A stretch of 64,000 bases of DNA from a virus (Duplodnaviria > Caudoviricetes): positions 32,001 through 96,000 of the IMG/VR virus record IMGVR_UViG_3300031992_000039, one strand, 5' to 3'. This document shows positions 34,240 through 45,700 of this stretch, one piece after another. Every line of letters starts with the position of its first letter. The first letter of the stretch is position 1. The translations under genes were made by a program, and so were the position numbers. Under the pieces are notes generated by a model. The model saw only the letters and a program-made list of their open reading frames with translations. It did not search any database and was not told the DNA's origin.

Positions 34240-34491
34240 ATGACACTCACCGAGAAGACTCAGGAAGCTTTTGATTTCATTAAGAACCACGGCGGCAGCT
34301 GTAAGACCTCTGATATTCAGAATGGTCTTGGCCTTGAGAAGATTGCCTCTGTAACTGGCCGTATTAACAGTCTTGTTAAGAAGGGCCTTGCTGTTACTGA
34401 GGATGGTGGCAAGACCGAGGACGGTCATAAGATCACTATTGTTACCCTTACTGAGGAAGGCATGAATTTTGTACCCTCTGAAGAGGAGTAA
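34240..34491 (+). CDS. Winged-helix DNA-binding protein
   Basis: SVTGRINSLVKKGL...LTEEG. Confidence 0.75.
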   Translation: MTLTEKTQEAFDFIKNHGGSCKTSDIQNGLGLEKIASVTGRINSLVKKGLAVTEDGGKTEDGHKITIVTLTEEGMNFVPSEEE

Positions 34492-34567
34492 ACCCTAAGC
34501 CCGAAAGGGCTTTTATTCCCTCAAAGTAAAAGTAAAAATTAAAAATAAAAGGAGAAAAATAAATAAA

Positions 34568-35500
34568 ATGAATTTTAGACAGGCAGAAAATAGAGTAAGG
34601 ATTGAGGGTATTCTTTCAGAAGTTGATCTTAAATATAATTCTTTTATGAAGAATGGGGAGGAAGTCCAGTCCATTGGTGGAAACATTAAGGTGCTCGTGG
34701 AGCAGGAAATTAATGGTGTTCCGACAAGGCTTGAAATCCCCGTTTATATGTTCTCTAGTAAGTATACGAGGGCTGGTAAGATTAATCCTTCTTATGAATC
34801 TATTGAGAAGGTTATGAAGGAATTCGTATCTATCGCTGCGGCCGGTAGCGCGGCCAATGCAGACAGGATTCGCATTACTAATGCTCAGATTCGCATGAAT
34901 GAGTTCTATGGGCAAAAGGGTAATATCGTATCACAGCCCCGTGTTAACGCTTCTTTTGTATCTCATGTAGTTGGTGATTTTAAGCCCGAAGCAAGTTTTA
35001 ATCTTGAGTTTATGGTTTCAAGTCTTAACCCTGTTGTGGATGCGGATGGTGTTGAGGTTGATCCTCGTAAGATCGCTGTAAATGTAATTGTCCCGCAGTA
35101 TACTCCCGATAGCGCTAGTGCAATGAATGTAGACCTTATGACTCTTTATGCTGTATCCCCCGGTGTTATCGATGCAATTGAGAATTATTGGGAAGCTGGT
35201 AGTTGTTATAAGGCAAGCGGCCGTTTAAATTTCTCTTCTCGAACGGAAGAGGTTCTTGAAGAGGTTGATTTTGGTGAGCCTAGGCGCACGACCCGTACCG
35301 TTAATGTAAGTGAGCTTATTGTAACTGGTGGCTCGCAGGCTCCTCTTGAAGGTGATTTTGCATTCGATGTTGAAGACATTAAGGCTGGTATGGCCGCGCG
35401 CAAGCAGCGTTTGGATGATATGAAGACTGGAAAGAACAACCAGGCCAAGAAGGCGCCGGCGCCCACTTCTACGAAGGGTAAGGTTGACCTCGGATTTTAA
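34568..35500 (+). CDS. Putative ssDNA-binding protein (tandem OB folds)
   Basis: NRVRIEGIL N-terminus, DLGF tail, position before the ATPase and helicase. Confidence 0.6.
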   Translation: MNFRQAENRVRIEGILSEVDLKYNSFMKNGEEVQSIGGNIKVLVEQEINGVPTRLEIPVYMFSSKYTRAGKINPSYESIEKVMKEFVSIAAAGSAANADRIRITNAQIRMNEFYGQKGNIVSQPRVNASFVSHVVGDFKPEASFNLEFMVSSLNPVVDADGVEVDPRKIAVNVIVPQYTPDSASAMNVDLMTLYAVSPGVIDAIENYWEAGSCYKASGRLNFSSRTEEVLEEVDFGEPRRTTRTVNVSELIVTGGSQAPLEGDFAFDVEDIKAGMAARKQRLDDMKTGKNNQAKKAPAPTSTKGKVDLGF

Positions 35501-35512
35501 GAGGTAAACTAA

Positions 35513-36484
35513 ATGGCGATTGATATATTAAATATTCAGCCAAGTGTAATTTCAAGGGATTTAAGGGGCAAGTATGTACTTCTGTATGGCAAGCCTAAAA
35601 GTGGAAAAACAACCGCTGCTTGCTCTTTTCCCAAATCGCTTCTTATTGCTTTTGAGCGAGGATATAATGCAATAGGTGGTGTTCGCGCTGCGGACATAAC
35701 TAAGTGGAGTGATTTTAAAGGGGTATTACGTCAGCTCGAAAAGCCAGAGGCGCGGGAGCTTTATGAAACTATAATAATTGATACTATTTCAATTGCTTGG
35801 GATTATTGCGAACAATATATTTGTTCTCAAAATAGTGTCCAGCGTATAGCTGATATACCGTGGGGTGGCGGATATTCTGCAGCAAAGAAAGAATTTGAGG
35901 GTGCTCTGCGAAAGATTACTATGCTAGGTTATGGTCTAGTTCTTATCGCGCATGAAGCAACTCGGATTCAAAAGGATGCGGAAGGTAATGAGACAGAGAT
36001 TATTTCTCCTGAAATGCCTAAGCGTGCTGCAGAAATCTGTAATGGACTCGTTGATATAATTGGCTTTATCGGCGGCGAATATGATGAGAATAAAAATTAT
36101 ATTCGATACCTCTATACGCGTGAAACTCCCACTTTATTTGCAGGGTCTAGATTTAAATACCTCGCGCCAAAGATTAAGTTTGGATATGATGAACTTGTAA
36201 ATGCCATTGCAGATGCTATAAATATGGCTGAAAAGAATGATGGCGTAAAGGTTGTAGAAAGCGCGCCACTCGTTAATATTGAAACAAAGCTTAATTTTAA
36301 TGATGTGCGCGCAGAAGCACAGGAACTTTGGACAAAACTCGTAGGCCAGAACGAGGAAAATGCCTCTATAATCTTAAAGAAAATTGAGATGATTATGGGG
36401 CATCGTATGAAGCTGTCGGAGTTTTCAGAGGATCAGGTAGATCTGTTATTTTTATGCGTTCAAGAAATGCGAGATATGATTTAA
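35513..36484 (+). CDS. AAA_24/Sak4-like ATPase (recombination)
   Basis: YGKPKSGKTT, IIIDT, LIAH, DIIGF. Confidence 0.8.
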   Translation: MAIDILNIQPSVISRDLRGKYVLLYGKPKSGKTTAACSFPKSLLIAFERGYNAIGGVRAADITKWSDFKGVLRQLEKPEARELYETIIIDTISIAWDYCEQYICSQNSVQRIADIPWGGGYSAAKKEFEGALRKITMLGYGLVLIAHEATRIQKDAEGNETEIISPEMPKRAAEICNGLVDIIGFIGGEYDENKNYIRYLYTRETPTLFAGSRFKYLAPKIKFGYDELVNAIADAINMAEKNDGVKVVESAPLVNIETKLNFNDVRAEAQELWTKLVGQNEENASIILKKIEMIMGHRMKLSEFSEDQVDLLFLCVQEMRDMI

Positions 36485-36493
36485 TTAAATAGA

Positions 36494-36524
36494 TTAAAAA
36501 GAGGGTAGAAATACCCTCTTTTAA
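36494..36524 (+). terminator. Intrinsic terminator followed by a sigmaA promoter (36526-36554)
   Basis: AAAAAGAGGGTA-GAAA-TACCCTCTTTTT; TTGACT-N17-TATAAT. Confidence 0.8.
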
Positions 36525-36586
36525 TTTGACTTTTTTTAAAAATTATAGTATAATTTATATAGAGAAAATATAAAGGAGTGATATGA

Positions 36587-37120
36587 TTGGCTCATATAAT
36601 CCAATGTAGAATTTGTAAAACTCGTTTCGATACAGAAAAGGAGGAATATGTCTTGGTTGGCCAGCGCTCATACTACCATCGGAAATGTTATGAAGACTGG
36701 GTGCGCGGGCGCAATGACGCAAAGACAAGTGGTGATGAAGAGTTCTGGCATGAAAGTGTAGTTGATTATTTATATCGTGATATAAAAATGTCTATTGATT
36801 TTGTAAAGCTAGATAGTCAATGGAAAAATTTTATAAAGCCAGAAAAGAAAATGACTCCAAAAGGTATCTACTTCGCACTTCGATATTATTATGATGTAAC
36901 TCATGGTGATAAAGAGAAGGCGCTTGGTGGCATAGGAATAGTTCCCAATATTTATAAGGAGTCGGCGCAGTATTGGGAGAATCTTGAAATGAGAAAGACT
37001 GGTACAATTGATGCAATTGTGGCGCAAATAAAAGAGCGAAAAAATCGTCCGATTCAAATTGTAAATCGAAAGAAAGAAGAAAAGAAAGACAAGTCTAAAT
37101 TTAGTTTAGATGATATTTGA
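36587..37120 (+). CDS. Zn-binding replication protein (possible helicase loader/initiator)
   Basis: CRIC...YYHRKC, GIGIVP; directly before DnaB; TTG start. Confidence 0.6.
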   Translation: MAHIIQCRICKTRFDTEKEEYVLVGQRSYYHRKCYEDWVRGRNDAKTSGDEEFWHESVVDYLYRDIKMSIDFVKLDSQWKNFIKPEKKMTPKGIYFALRYYYDVTHGDKEKALGGIGIVPNIYKESAQYWENLEMRKTGTIDAIVAQIKERKNRPIQIVNRKKEEKKDKSKFSLDDI

Positions 37121-37129
37121 GGGATCTAA

Positions 37130-38686
37130 ATGGTTGATAGGAATACAGTTCTTCAAATTTTTGGAAGCCTGATGCATCATCCGCAGTACCTAAGTGAGTC
37201 AGATAAATATAATCTTACTCCAAATGATTTCTATCTTCGATTTGATAAATATATATTTACTGCAATAGATAGTTTATATAGGAATGGCGCAGAACATATT
37301 CAGCCCATTGATGTAGAGAATTTTTTATCTACAAATAATAGCGCAAAATTGATCTTCGCGCAGCAAAATGGAATTGAGTATCTTCAAGATGCAGAATATC
37401 TTTCGGACTATCAAAATTTTCCTTATTATTATAAAAAACTTAAAAAGTTTAATTTATTAGAATCTTTTAAGGATAAAGGGTTTGATGTAAAAGAGTGGTA
37501 TGTAGAAGATGCAATTACTCCAGAAGCATTAAAAGTGAATGAAAGATTTGAAAGTTTAGAGATTGAGGATATACTTGAAGGTATAAAGAAAAAACTTTTA
37601 GGTATAGAGCGCGAATTTATCCAAAATGATACTACTGAAACAGTAAATGTATTTAATGGAATTAAAGATATAATTGAAGAGGCGGAAGATAGAATTGATG
37701 TAGGCGCGCCTCTCCAAGGAGAAATATTTAACGAAGTATGCGCCGGCGCGAGGAAGGGAATTTTTATATTAAGATCTGCAGCGAGCGGGACGGGGAAAAC
37801 TCGCCAAGCAGTGGGAGACGCTTGTTATCTTGCCTTTCCATTTAGGTATAGCGAAAAAGAAGATAAATGGGTTCAGGAAGGTAGCGGAGAAAAAGTTTTG
37901 TTTATTGCAACAGAGCAAAATGCGAAAGAAATCCAAAAGATGATCCTCGCATATTTAACTGGCTTTAATGAAACAAAATTTCGATATGGAGGATTTACAG
38001 AAAAAGAACAAGATATAATTCGCCAAGCTTTATGGGTTCTTGAACAGTATCAAGATAATTTTTATATCGTAAGAATGCCTAATCCTACAATTGAACTGGT
38101 AAAAACAATTGTAAGAGAAAATGTATTGATGCATGATATAGAATATGTATTTTATGATTATATACACATATCTCCTTCGTTACTAAATGAATTTAAAGGT
38201 TTTGGGCTTCGTAATGATGAGACCCTACTCCTTTTCTCCACCGCATTAAAGGATCTTGCAGTTGAACTTAATATATTCGTAATGAGTTCGACCCAATTAA
38301 ATGCGAAAGGCGATGATAACTCTAATATAAGAAATGAAAGCTCTATTGCCGGATCACGTGCGATTATAAATAAGGCAGACATCGGATGTATAATGGCTCG
38401 TCCAACAAAAGAGGAGTTAGAATTTTTAAGAACAGAAGGCGGCGTATCCTTCGCTCCAACAATGGTTATGGATATATATAAGGTTCGTAGTGGCGAGTGG
38501 AATCAAGTTAGAATTTGGAGCGACGTAAATCTTGGAAATTTAAGAAAAAAAGATTTATTTGTTACAAATTCTCGAATGGAAGTTTTGAATGTGGGAACCC
38601 AATTTAATTATGAGGTTAGTTGGGAAGATAATGCAGTTATAGATTATGTTGCTCAATTAGAAAGGATTAATAATTTAGATATATGA
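37130..38686 (+). CDS. dnaB: DnaB-like replicative helicase
   Basis: AASGTGKT, FYDYI, STQLN, KADIG, KVRSG. Confidence 0.88.
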   Translation: MVDRNTVLQIFGSLMHHPQYLSESDKYNLTPNDFYLRFDKYIFTAIDSLYRNGAEHIQPIDVENFLSTNNSAKLIFAQQNGIEYLQDAEYLSDYQNFPYYYKKLKKFNLLESFKDKGFDVKEWYVEDAITPEALKVNERFESLEIEDILEGIKKKLLGIEREFIQNDTTETVNVFNGIKDIIEEAEDRIDVGAPLQGEIFNEVCAGARKGIFILRSAASGTGKTRQAVGDACYLAFPFRYSEKEDKWVQEGSGEKVLFIATEQNAKEIQKMILAYLTGFNETKFRYGGFTEKEQDIIRQALWVLEQYQDNFYIVRMPNPTIELVKTIVRENVLMHDIEYVFYDYIHISPSLLNEFKGFGLRNDETLLLFSTALKDLAVELNIFVMSSTQLNAKGDDNSNIRNESSIAGSRAIINKADIGCIMARPTKEELEFLRTEGGVSFAPTMVMDIYKVRSGEWNQVRIWSDVNLGNLRKKDLFVTNSRMEVLNVGTQFNYEVSWEDNAVIDYVAQLERINNLDI

Positions 38687-39723
38687 ACTATCAAGAAACA
38701 ATTGAGAATTTAAGAGATGAAGATATATTTAGATTATTGGAACAGTTGGGCGCGCAGCCGATAGATAAGGGTAATTGTTTTATATGCAAAACAATTTGTC
38801 ATAATGAAGATGCAGATGAGGCGTCTCAAAAACTTTACTATTATAAAGATACACATTTATTCTATTGCTATACAGAATGCGGCGGACAAAGTATATTTAA
38901 GTTTTTAAGAAATTATTATGAAACTCGAAACATATCATATGACTGGTATACAGATATATATGAAGTTATTTTAAATTGCTCTGTTTCTGCTTTGACTGCG
39001 CCGGACACATATAGAAGTATTAAATCTGATTATACCGCGCGCAAAGTACGCAAAGAACTCCCAACATATCCAACTGGATTGTTAGATACTTTTATTCATT
39101 ATTACCCGATTGAATGGATTCAAGACCATATAACTCCAGATGTAATGGAGAAATATAATATAAGATACTCGATTTCGCAGAATAAGATTATAATTCCTCA
39201 TTATAACGCGGAGGGCGGTCTTGTTGGAATTAGGGGTCGCGCGCTCAATAAACAAGATATTGAAGCCTTTGGAAAATATATGCCAGTTCAAATTGAAGGA
39301 AAATGGTATAGCCACCCACTTAGCTTAAACTTGTATGGATTGAATTGGAATAAAGATAATATAAGGAATAGCAGAAATTGTTTTATCTTTGAATCTGAAA
39401 AGTCCGTTATGCAGGTAGAGTCTTTTGATGGACGAAATTGCGCCGTAGCTTGCTGTGGCAGTAACATAAATAAGTATCAAATTGACCTGCTAATGCGATA
39501 TTGCGCACCAAGAGAAATTGTAGTATGTTTTGATAATGAAGAAAAAGAAGGCGAGAATAAATATTTCCAAAAGCTTTGGAATATGTGTAGTAAATATAAG
39601 AACTATTGTTCAATGAGCTTTATATATGATAGGCAAGGCTTAAGTAAATCGAAGGACTCTCCAAGTGATAATGGAGAAGAAATATTTGCAAAATTATTAA
39701 AGGAGAGGGTAAAAGTTAAATGA
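38683..39723 (+). CDS. DNA primase
   Basis: CH..CYTEC Zn domain, IIPHY, GRAL, FESEKS, CFDNE TOPRIM. Confidence 0.85.
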   Translation: MNYQETIENLRDEDIFRLLEQLGAQPIDKGNCFICKTICHNEDADEASQKLYYYKDTHLFYCYTECGGQSIFKFLRNYYETRNISYDWYTDIYEVILNCSVSALTAPDTYRSIKSDYTARKVRKELPTYPTGLLDTFIHYYPIEWIQDHITPDVMEKYNIRYSISQNKIIIPHYNAEGGLVGIRGRALNKQDIEAFGKYMPVQIEGKWYSHPLSLNLYGLNWNKDNIRNSRNCFIFESEKSVMQVESFDGRNCAVACCGSNINKYQIDLLMRYCAPREIVVCFDNEEKEGENKYFQKLWNMCSKYKNYCSMSFIYDRQGLSKSKDSPSDNGEEIFAKLLKERVKVK

Positions 39724-40067
39724 GTACTATAGAAAACGCTTTAATTAAATCAGTTGATTTATCAATGGAAGACCACGGTATTTTGGTACTAAGAATGGAA
39801 TTAGAAGGTAATCATTGGGGCGTTAATTATGGAAATAGATGTTTGGGTAAGGGTTATCTCGGTGCGAATGAATTTGTTGGATACGCTAAAGGAATTGAAG
39901 AAATTATGAGAATTATGGATACAGTTGGAGTTAGTCGTTTTAATGATTTAGAGGGAAAATATATAAGAGTAGAAATGGATAGATTTTGCGATCCAATTAC
40001 AAAAATAGGTAATATTATAAAAGATAAATGGTTTGATTATAAAGAATTTTATAAGGATGTGGAATGA
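39720..40067 (+). CDS. Hypothetical phage protein
   Basis: 115 aa, coupled overlap. Confidence 0.7.
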   Translation: MSTIENALIKSVDLSMEDHGILVLRMELEGNHWGVNYGNRCLGKGYLGANEFVGYAKGIEEIMRIMDTVGVSRFNDLEGKYIRVEMDRFCDPITKIGNIIKDKWFDYKEFYKDVE

Positions 40068-40068
40068 A

Positions 40069-40269
40069 ATGATTATAGAAAAAACATACAAATTTAGTTA
40101 TAAAGCCTCAAAAGATATAGACGAACTTATTGAGGTATTGGCTTCTGATGTAAGAGATGGATATACTACAAAAGAGCTTCGGCGGCTAAATGATACTCTT
40201 GATATAGGTACGATTTCAAAGCCTGATTATGAAGTTGTGATGATAAAGAAATATATGGTGAAACAATGA
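40069..40269 (+). CDS. Hypothetical protein
   Basis: Fills the gap; ATGA overlap with recJ. Confidence 0.5.
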   Translation: MIIEKTYKFSYKASKDIDELIEVLASDVRDGYTTKELRRLNDTLDIGTISKPDYEVVMIKKYMVKQ

Positions 40270-42017
40270 AAGTAAAACTTATAGGTGAAAATTACAATCA
40301 AGATTATGTAAGAAATTTACTTCGCGCGCGAGGTATACAAGATATAAATAAGTTTTTAAACCCAGATGAATCTTGTTTGCAGGATTGGCGCGATCTAGAA
40401 AATATAGAGAAAGGATTAGATTTGATCCATTTGGCAACTGGCGCGCGAGTTGGTCTTGTTGTAGATTGCGATATAGATGGGTTTTCAAGCGCGGCAATCA
40501 TATATCAATATTTAAAGCGTCTTACGCCATATATCGAAATCAAATACTATATTCATAGCGGAAAAGCCCATGGTCTTGAGGAGCACTGGGAAGAAATTCG
40601 TGATGAAAACTTTAATCTTGTAATAATTCCAGATGCAGGTAGCAACGATTCTCAATATGCAGAGCAGTTAAATTGCCCTGTTCTTGTTATTGACCACCAC
40701 TTAGTAGAAGATACTAATTTTGCATCAAATATGGTAGTAATTAACAACCAGCTTTCGCTGAAATATCGTAATAAAGACTTATCTGGCGCGGGAATGGCAT
40801 ATCAGTTCTGTCGTGCAATGGATTATTATTTTTGGGATAGGCCTCATTGGGCAGATGACTACATTGACCTTGCGGCGCTCGGCATCTGCGGTGATATGAT
40901 GAGCGGTCTTGAAATTGAAAACCAATATTTCTGGAAGAAAGGATTTTCTCGTATTCAAAACTACTTTTTCCTTACGCTCGCGCGCAAGCAAGCCTATTCT
41001 ATAACTGGAAAGATGGGCACCACAGATCAGGACATTATAAATGCATTGAATCCTACATCTGTAGCTTTTTATATTGTACCCCTCGTAAATGCAATGGTGC
41101 GAGTCGGCACTCAAGAGGAAAAGGAACGAATGTTCTTGGCATTTATAGATGGGCATAAGATGGTTCCTTCGCAAAAGCGTGGTGCAAAAGGTACGCTTGA
41201 AGAAGTTGCAGTTGAGTCCACGAGAGAATGTGTAAATGCACGAACTCATCAAAACAAATTTAAGGATGAAGCAGTCGCGCGCCTTGAACAAAAAATTTTT
41301 AAGTATGATCTTTTAGAGAATAAAATTCTTTTTGTAAGACTTGATGAAAATGATAAGTTTCCAAGCGAACTTAATGGGCTTGTGGCGACTCAGCTATCTC
41401 AAGAGTATAAGCGCCCAACTATTGTTGCAAGACTTAATGACGAAGGATTTGTAAGAGGCTCAATTCGCGGCCTTTCAAATTCAGAACTTTCATCTTTTAA
41501 GGGCTATCTTGATTCTACCGGCCTATGTGAATATGTTCAGGGCCATGATAATGCAGCAGGAATATCAATCTGTAATAAAAATTTAAGCGAGCTTCATAGG
41601 CGCGCGAATAAAGACCTCGCACGGTATAATTTTGGTGATGACTATTATGAGGTTGATTTTGAACGCCAGGCCATGAAGGAAGACCTTGAAGCCTTAATTA
41701 TAGATATAAGTAATTATAAGAGTATTTGGAGTCAACAAAATTCAGAACCATTAATTTATATAAAAGACCTTCATTTTTCTAAGTCTGATATACAAAGAAT
41801 GGGAAAGAATAAAGATACAATTAAAATAGTTAAAAATGGAATTGCATATATGAAATTCTTTGCAAAAGATATGATTGAAGAATTAGATGGCGCCGGTGAC
41901 GAAATTAAAATGGAAATTGTAGGTAAGGCAAATTTAAATACCTGGATGGGACAAGTAACACCTCAAATTTTCATCGAGAATTATGAGATTAAAAAGGATT
42001 CGATTTTGGAGTTTTAA
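40266..42017 (+). CDS. recJ: RecJ-like DHH exonuclease
   Basis: DCDIDG, HG, DHH, GSIR, GHDNAAG. Confidence 0.92.
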   Translation: MKVKLIGENYNQDYVRNLLRARGIQDINKFLNPDESCLQDWRDLENIEKGLDLIHLATGARVGLVVDCDIDGFSSAAIIYQYLKRLTPYIEIKYYIHSGKAHGLEEHWEEIRDENFNLVIIPDAGSNDSQYAEQLNCPVLVIDHHLVEDTNFASNMVVINNQLSLKYRNKDLSGAGMAYQFCRAMDYYFWDRPHWADDYIDLAALGICGDMMSGLEIENQYFWKKGFSRIQNYFFLTLARKQAYSITGKMGTTDQDIINALNPTSVAFYIVPLVNAMVRVGTQEEKERMFLAFIDGHKMVPSQKRGAKGTLEEVAVESTRECVNARTHQNKFKDEAVARLEQKIFKYDLLENKILFVRLDENDKFPSELNGLVATQLSQEYKRPTIVARLNDEGFVRGSIRGLSNSELSSFKGYLDSTGLCEYVQGHDNAAGISICNKNLSELHRRANKDLARYNFGDDYYEVDFERQAMKEDLEALIIDISNYKSIWSQQNSEPLIYIKDLHFSKSDIQRMGKNKDTIKIVKNGIAYMKFFAKDMIEELDGAGDEIKMEIVGKANLNTWMGQVTPQIFIENYEIKKDSILEF

Positions 42018-42440
42018 ATGACAATAGAAGAATTAGTTAAAAAATATAATTATAAAAAATTACCTAAAGATTTATCAGAAGTACAAAAAGCGCAATACTT
42101 AGCCGATCTTCCTTCTTATTTAAATGTCAATGGAGATTTAAATTGTAAGATATATTATAAAAATTTCCTTGTAAGCCATGGCTATAGCCGTATTGTTATT
42201 GGAGATTACGGTGCGTATATAGAGATTCCTCCTAATTTAATGGCTAGGGAAAATATAAAAATTAAACCCGGACAGGAATATCGCTTTGAAGAGAGATATA
42301 AAGCAGTTAAATATCATTGGTATTGTCTTAAAGAAGCGGAAGAATTTAAAATTTATTATCAAAAAAATACAGTAAAGTATGCTGATTATTTACCAGAGAT
42401 GTGTTATATTTCTCCGTATGGGTTAGAAATAATAAAATAA
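42018..42440 (+). CDS. Hypothetical protein
   Basis: RIVIGDYGAYIE...YQKNTVKYADY. Confidence 0.7.
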   Translation: MTIEELVKKYNYKKLPKDLSEVQKAQYLADLPSYLNVNGDLNCKIYYKNFLVSHGYSRIVIGDYGAYIEIPPNLMARENIKIKPGQEYRFEERYKAVKYHWYCLKEAEEFKIYYQKNTVKYADYLPEMCYISPYGLEIIK

Positions 42441-42445
42441 AAATA

Positions 42446-42646
42446 ATGGATAGATTATCTAAAATATTACAAATTTTAAATAAATATATGGAAGATTATC
42501 AAAAACAGTGGCCTATTGAGGCAGAACATGATATAATATGGTTCAATATAGATTATGAATTAGTCTCAGAAGAAGATATGGAAGTTCTAAAAGAATTGGG
42601 TGTATTTTTTGATGAGGATTGCGATTCATTAGCCTTATTTACTTAA
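42446..42646 (+). CDS. Hypothetical protein
   Basis: AEHDII..VSEED..L.ELG motif. Confidence 0.6.
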   Translation: MDRLSKILQILNKYMEDYQKQWPIEAEHDIIWFNIDYELVSEEDMEVLKELGVFFDEDCDSLALFT

Positions 42647-42705
42647 TTTGATTTTTGTTCTAAATTATGTTATAATATTTATATAAAGAATGAAAGGAGA
42701 GTTAA

Positions 42706-45700
42706 ATGGAAAATAGTTCCTATCCGGGCAGCCTCCACGGGCATACAGAATATTCAAATATTCGTCTTCGTGATTGCATAATTAAAATCCCGGATGCTTT
42801 TAGGTATGCTTCAGAACTGGGGCATACCGTTTTGGCGTTCACTGATCATGAAAGTTTGTCCTCTTGGGTTAAGATAGAAAAGGAAGCAAAGAGATACCCA
42901 AACATAAAGACAATTCGTGGAAACGAAATTTATCTTTGCAGGAATGGTCTTAATGCAAGTAACTATAATCGAGAGATAGATCGATACTATCACTTTATAC
43001 TTCTCGCACGCGATCTTGAGGGTTCTCATCAATTGATGGAACTTTCAACTCGCGCATGGAACAGATCATATATGGCACGCGGCATGCGCCGAGTTCCGAC
43101 ATACTATCAAGATTTATTTGATATAATTGGCGCGAATCCCGGTCATGTAATTGGAAGTACGGCTTGTTTAGGTGGTGCGCTCCCTACACAGATTCTTCGT
43201 GGAACTGATGAATCTAAGCTTGAAATTTGGATTCAGCAGATGGACGAGTTATTTGGTCATGGGAACTTCTTTTTTGAACTTCAGCCCAACAAAGATAAAG
43301 ATCAGATAAAAGTTAACAAGAAACTTTTAGATTTTAGTCAAAAGTTTAATATACCTTATATAATTACAACAGATAGTCATTATCTTAAAAGGGAAGATAG
43401 AATTATTCATAAGGCTTATCTTAATGCGCAGAATGGTGATCGAGAAGTTGATGACTTTTATGCGACCACTTATATGATGGGAACAGAAGAACTTGAATCT
43501 TTCTTTCCATACCTTTCGCGCGAAGAACTAGATCGAGCATATAGCAATATAAAATCTATTGCAGATATGTGCGAAGATTATAGTATTATGAAGCCATTAA
43601 AGATTCCGGAATTGAAATGGCGTTCAACTAAAGAAGTATTGCGTGATTATGATAAAGCATTTGAAAAGATGCCAACCTTAAAAAAGTTTGCACGATCTGA
43701 ATATAAATCTGATAAATATTTGGTTGATGCAATTCTCGATGGTGTTGATAAGCACAAAGACCTTCAAAACGATAAAGCATTTGCGGAACTTGAAGATAAT
43801 CTTCAGCGTACTTGGGAATCATCAGAAGTTAATAAAGCAAGGTGGTCAGCTTACTTCTTAAATCTTCAGCGCAATATAGACGAATGTTGGAACGCAGGCA
43901 CAATTGTAGGTCCTTCACGTGGTTCGGGTGGCGGCTTCCTGCTTCTATATTGTTTGGATATAATCCAGATGAATACATTGCGCGAAACCACAAAGACTTT
44001 CCCATGGAGGTTCTTGAATCCAAAGCGTGAGTCCGTATTGGATATTGATACGGATATAGAAGGTGGAAAGCGCGCGCAAGTATTGCGTCATTTGCGCGAT
44101 GTATATGGAGAAGATAGGGTTGCGAATGTAGCAACATTCCGCACAGAAAAGTCTAAATCTGCAATTTTGACTGCCGCACGAGGTCTTGGAATTGATGTAG
44201 ATATAGCACAATATGTAGCCTCACTTATTCCAGCCGATCGAGGCCAGCTTCGTAGCCTTGATCAATGTATGTATGGAGATGAGGAAAAGGAATGGGCGCC
44301 AATTAAGCAGTTTGTAATTGAAATGACACAAAATTATCCCGAACTTTGGAATGTAGCGCATAATATTGAGGGATTGATTTGCGGAAGTGGATTACATGCT
44401 GGAGGAGTTATATTTGTAGATGAGCCCTTTACGAACTCAACTGGTCTAATGCGCGCACCCGATGGAACAATATGTACGCAATTTGAGCTTCATGATTGTG
44501 AAGATGTAAGTCTTATTAAAATAGATTTGTTGTCTGTTGAAGCTATGGATAAAATTCATAATTGTATTGATCTTTTATGCGATTATGGGTACGCAGAAAG
44601 AAAGTCCACGTTGCGTGAGACTTATGAATCAATTGTAGGAATTTATAATCTTGAGCGCGATGACCCTAAGATGTGGGATATGGTTTTAAACCATAAAATT
44701 GGTTCCCTATTTCAGATGGAAAAGCAGTCTGGTATTCAGGGAATTGCACTTGCCAAGCCAACTTCCGTCGACGAACTCGCAGTTCTTAATTCTGTAATTA
44801 GATTGATGGCACCAGAAAAAGGCGCAGAGCAACCACTTGATATGTGGGCGCGTTATCGTCATAATATAAATGATTGGATTAAAGAAATGGAAGACTATGG
44901 TCTTTCATCAGAACAGATAGAATGGTTAAAGAATAATAGCGCAATTACAGATGGAGTATGTGAGTCTCAAGAGGGACTTATGTCATTACTACAGGATGAG
45001 CGGCTTGGTGGAAACGATCTATCTTTTGCAGATAAGTGCCGAAAAGCTATCGCAAAGAAGCAGGGTAAGCTTTTTGAAGAATGTGAAACAAAGTATTTTG
45101 AAAACGCAAAAGAAAAAGATTGCGATATGCGTTTAGTACATTATGTATGGGATGTATTACTTCGCGTCCAAAGAGGGTAAACGAAAACTTGCCCTATCAA
45201 ATATCCTTTCTGATTATCATCAGGGTCTCAAATTTTTAGAGGCTAACGGAAAAATCTTCACTTATAAATAGATAAGAAAGACGATTCCGTGGGAATCTTA
45301 AGGGAGATTAAATTATGAATTATATTTATTGTTACACCAATAAACTTAATGGGAAAAAGTATGTTGGTCAAACCAATAATATTGAGCGCAGAAAAAGAGA
45401 ACATCACTCAGCAGCGTTCAATAAAAACAGTAAAGATTATGAGTATTTATTTCATCAAAAATTAAGACAGTATGGAGAAGAAAATTTCATCTTCTCAATA
45501 TTGGAAGAAGCGACCGAAGAACAGGTAGATAGCGCAGAGCAATTTTGGATTAAAGAATTACATTCTTATGTTCAAGAAAATGGATATAACCTGACCTTAG
45601 GCGGTTGTCAACCCCCTCAAACTGGAATTTATAATCAAAACATAGATGAAATAAAAACACTTATTAAGAGTGGAGCGTCATATACTGAAATTTCAAAAAA

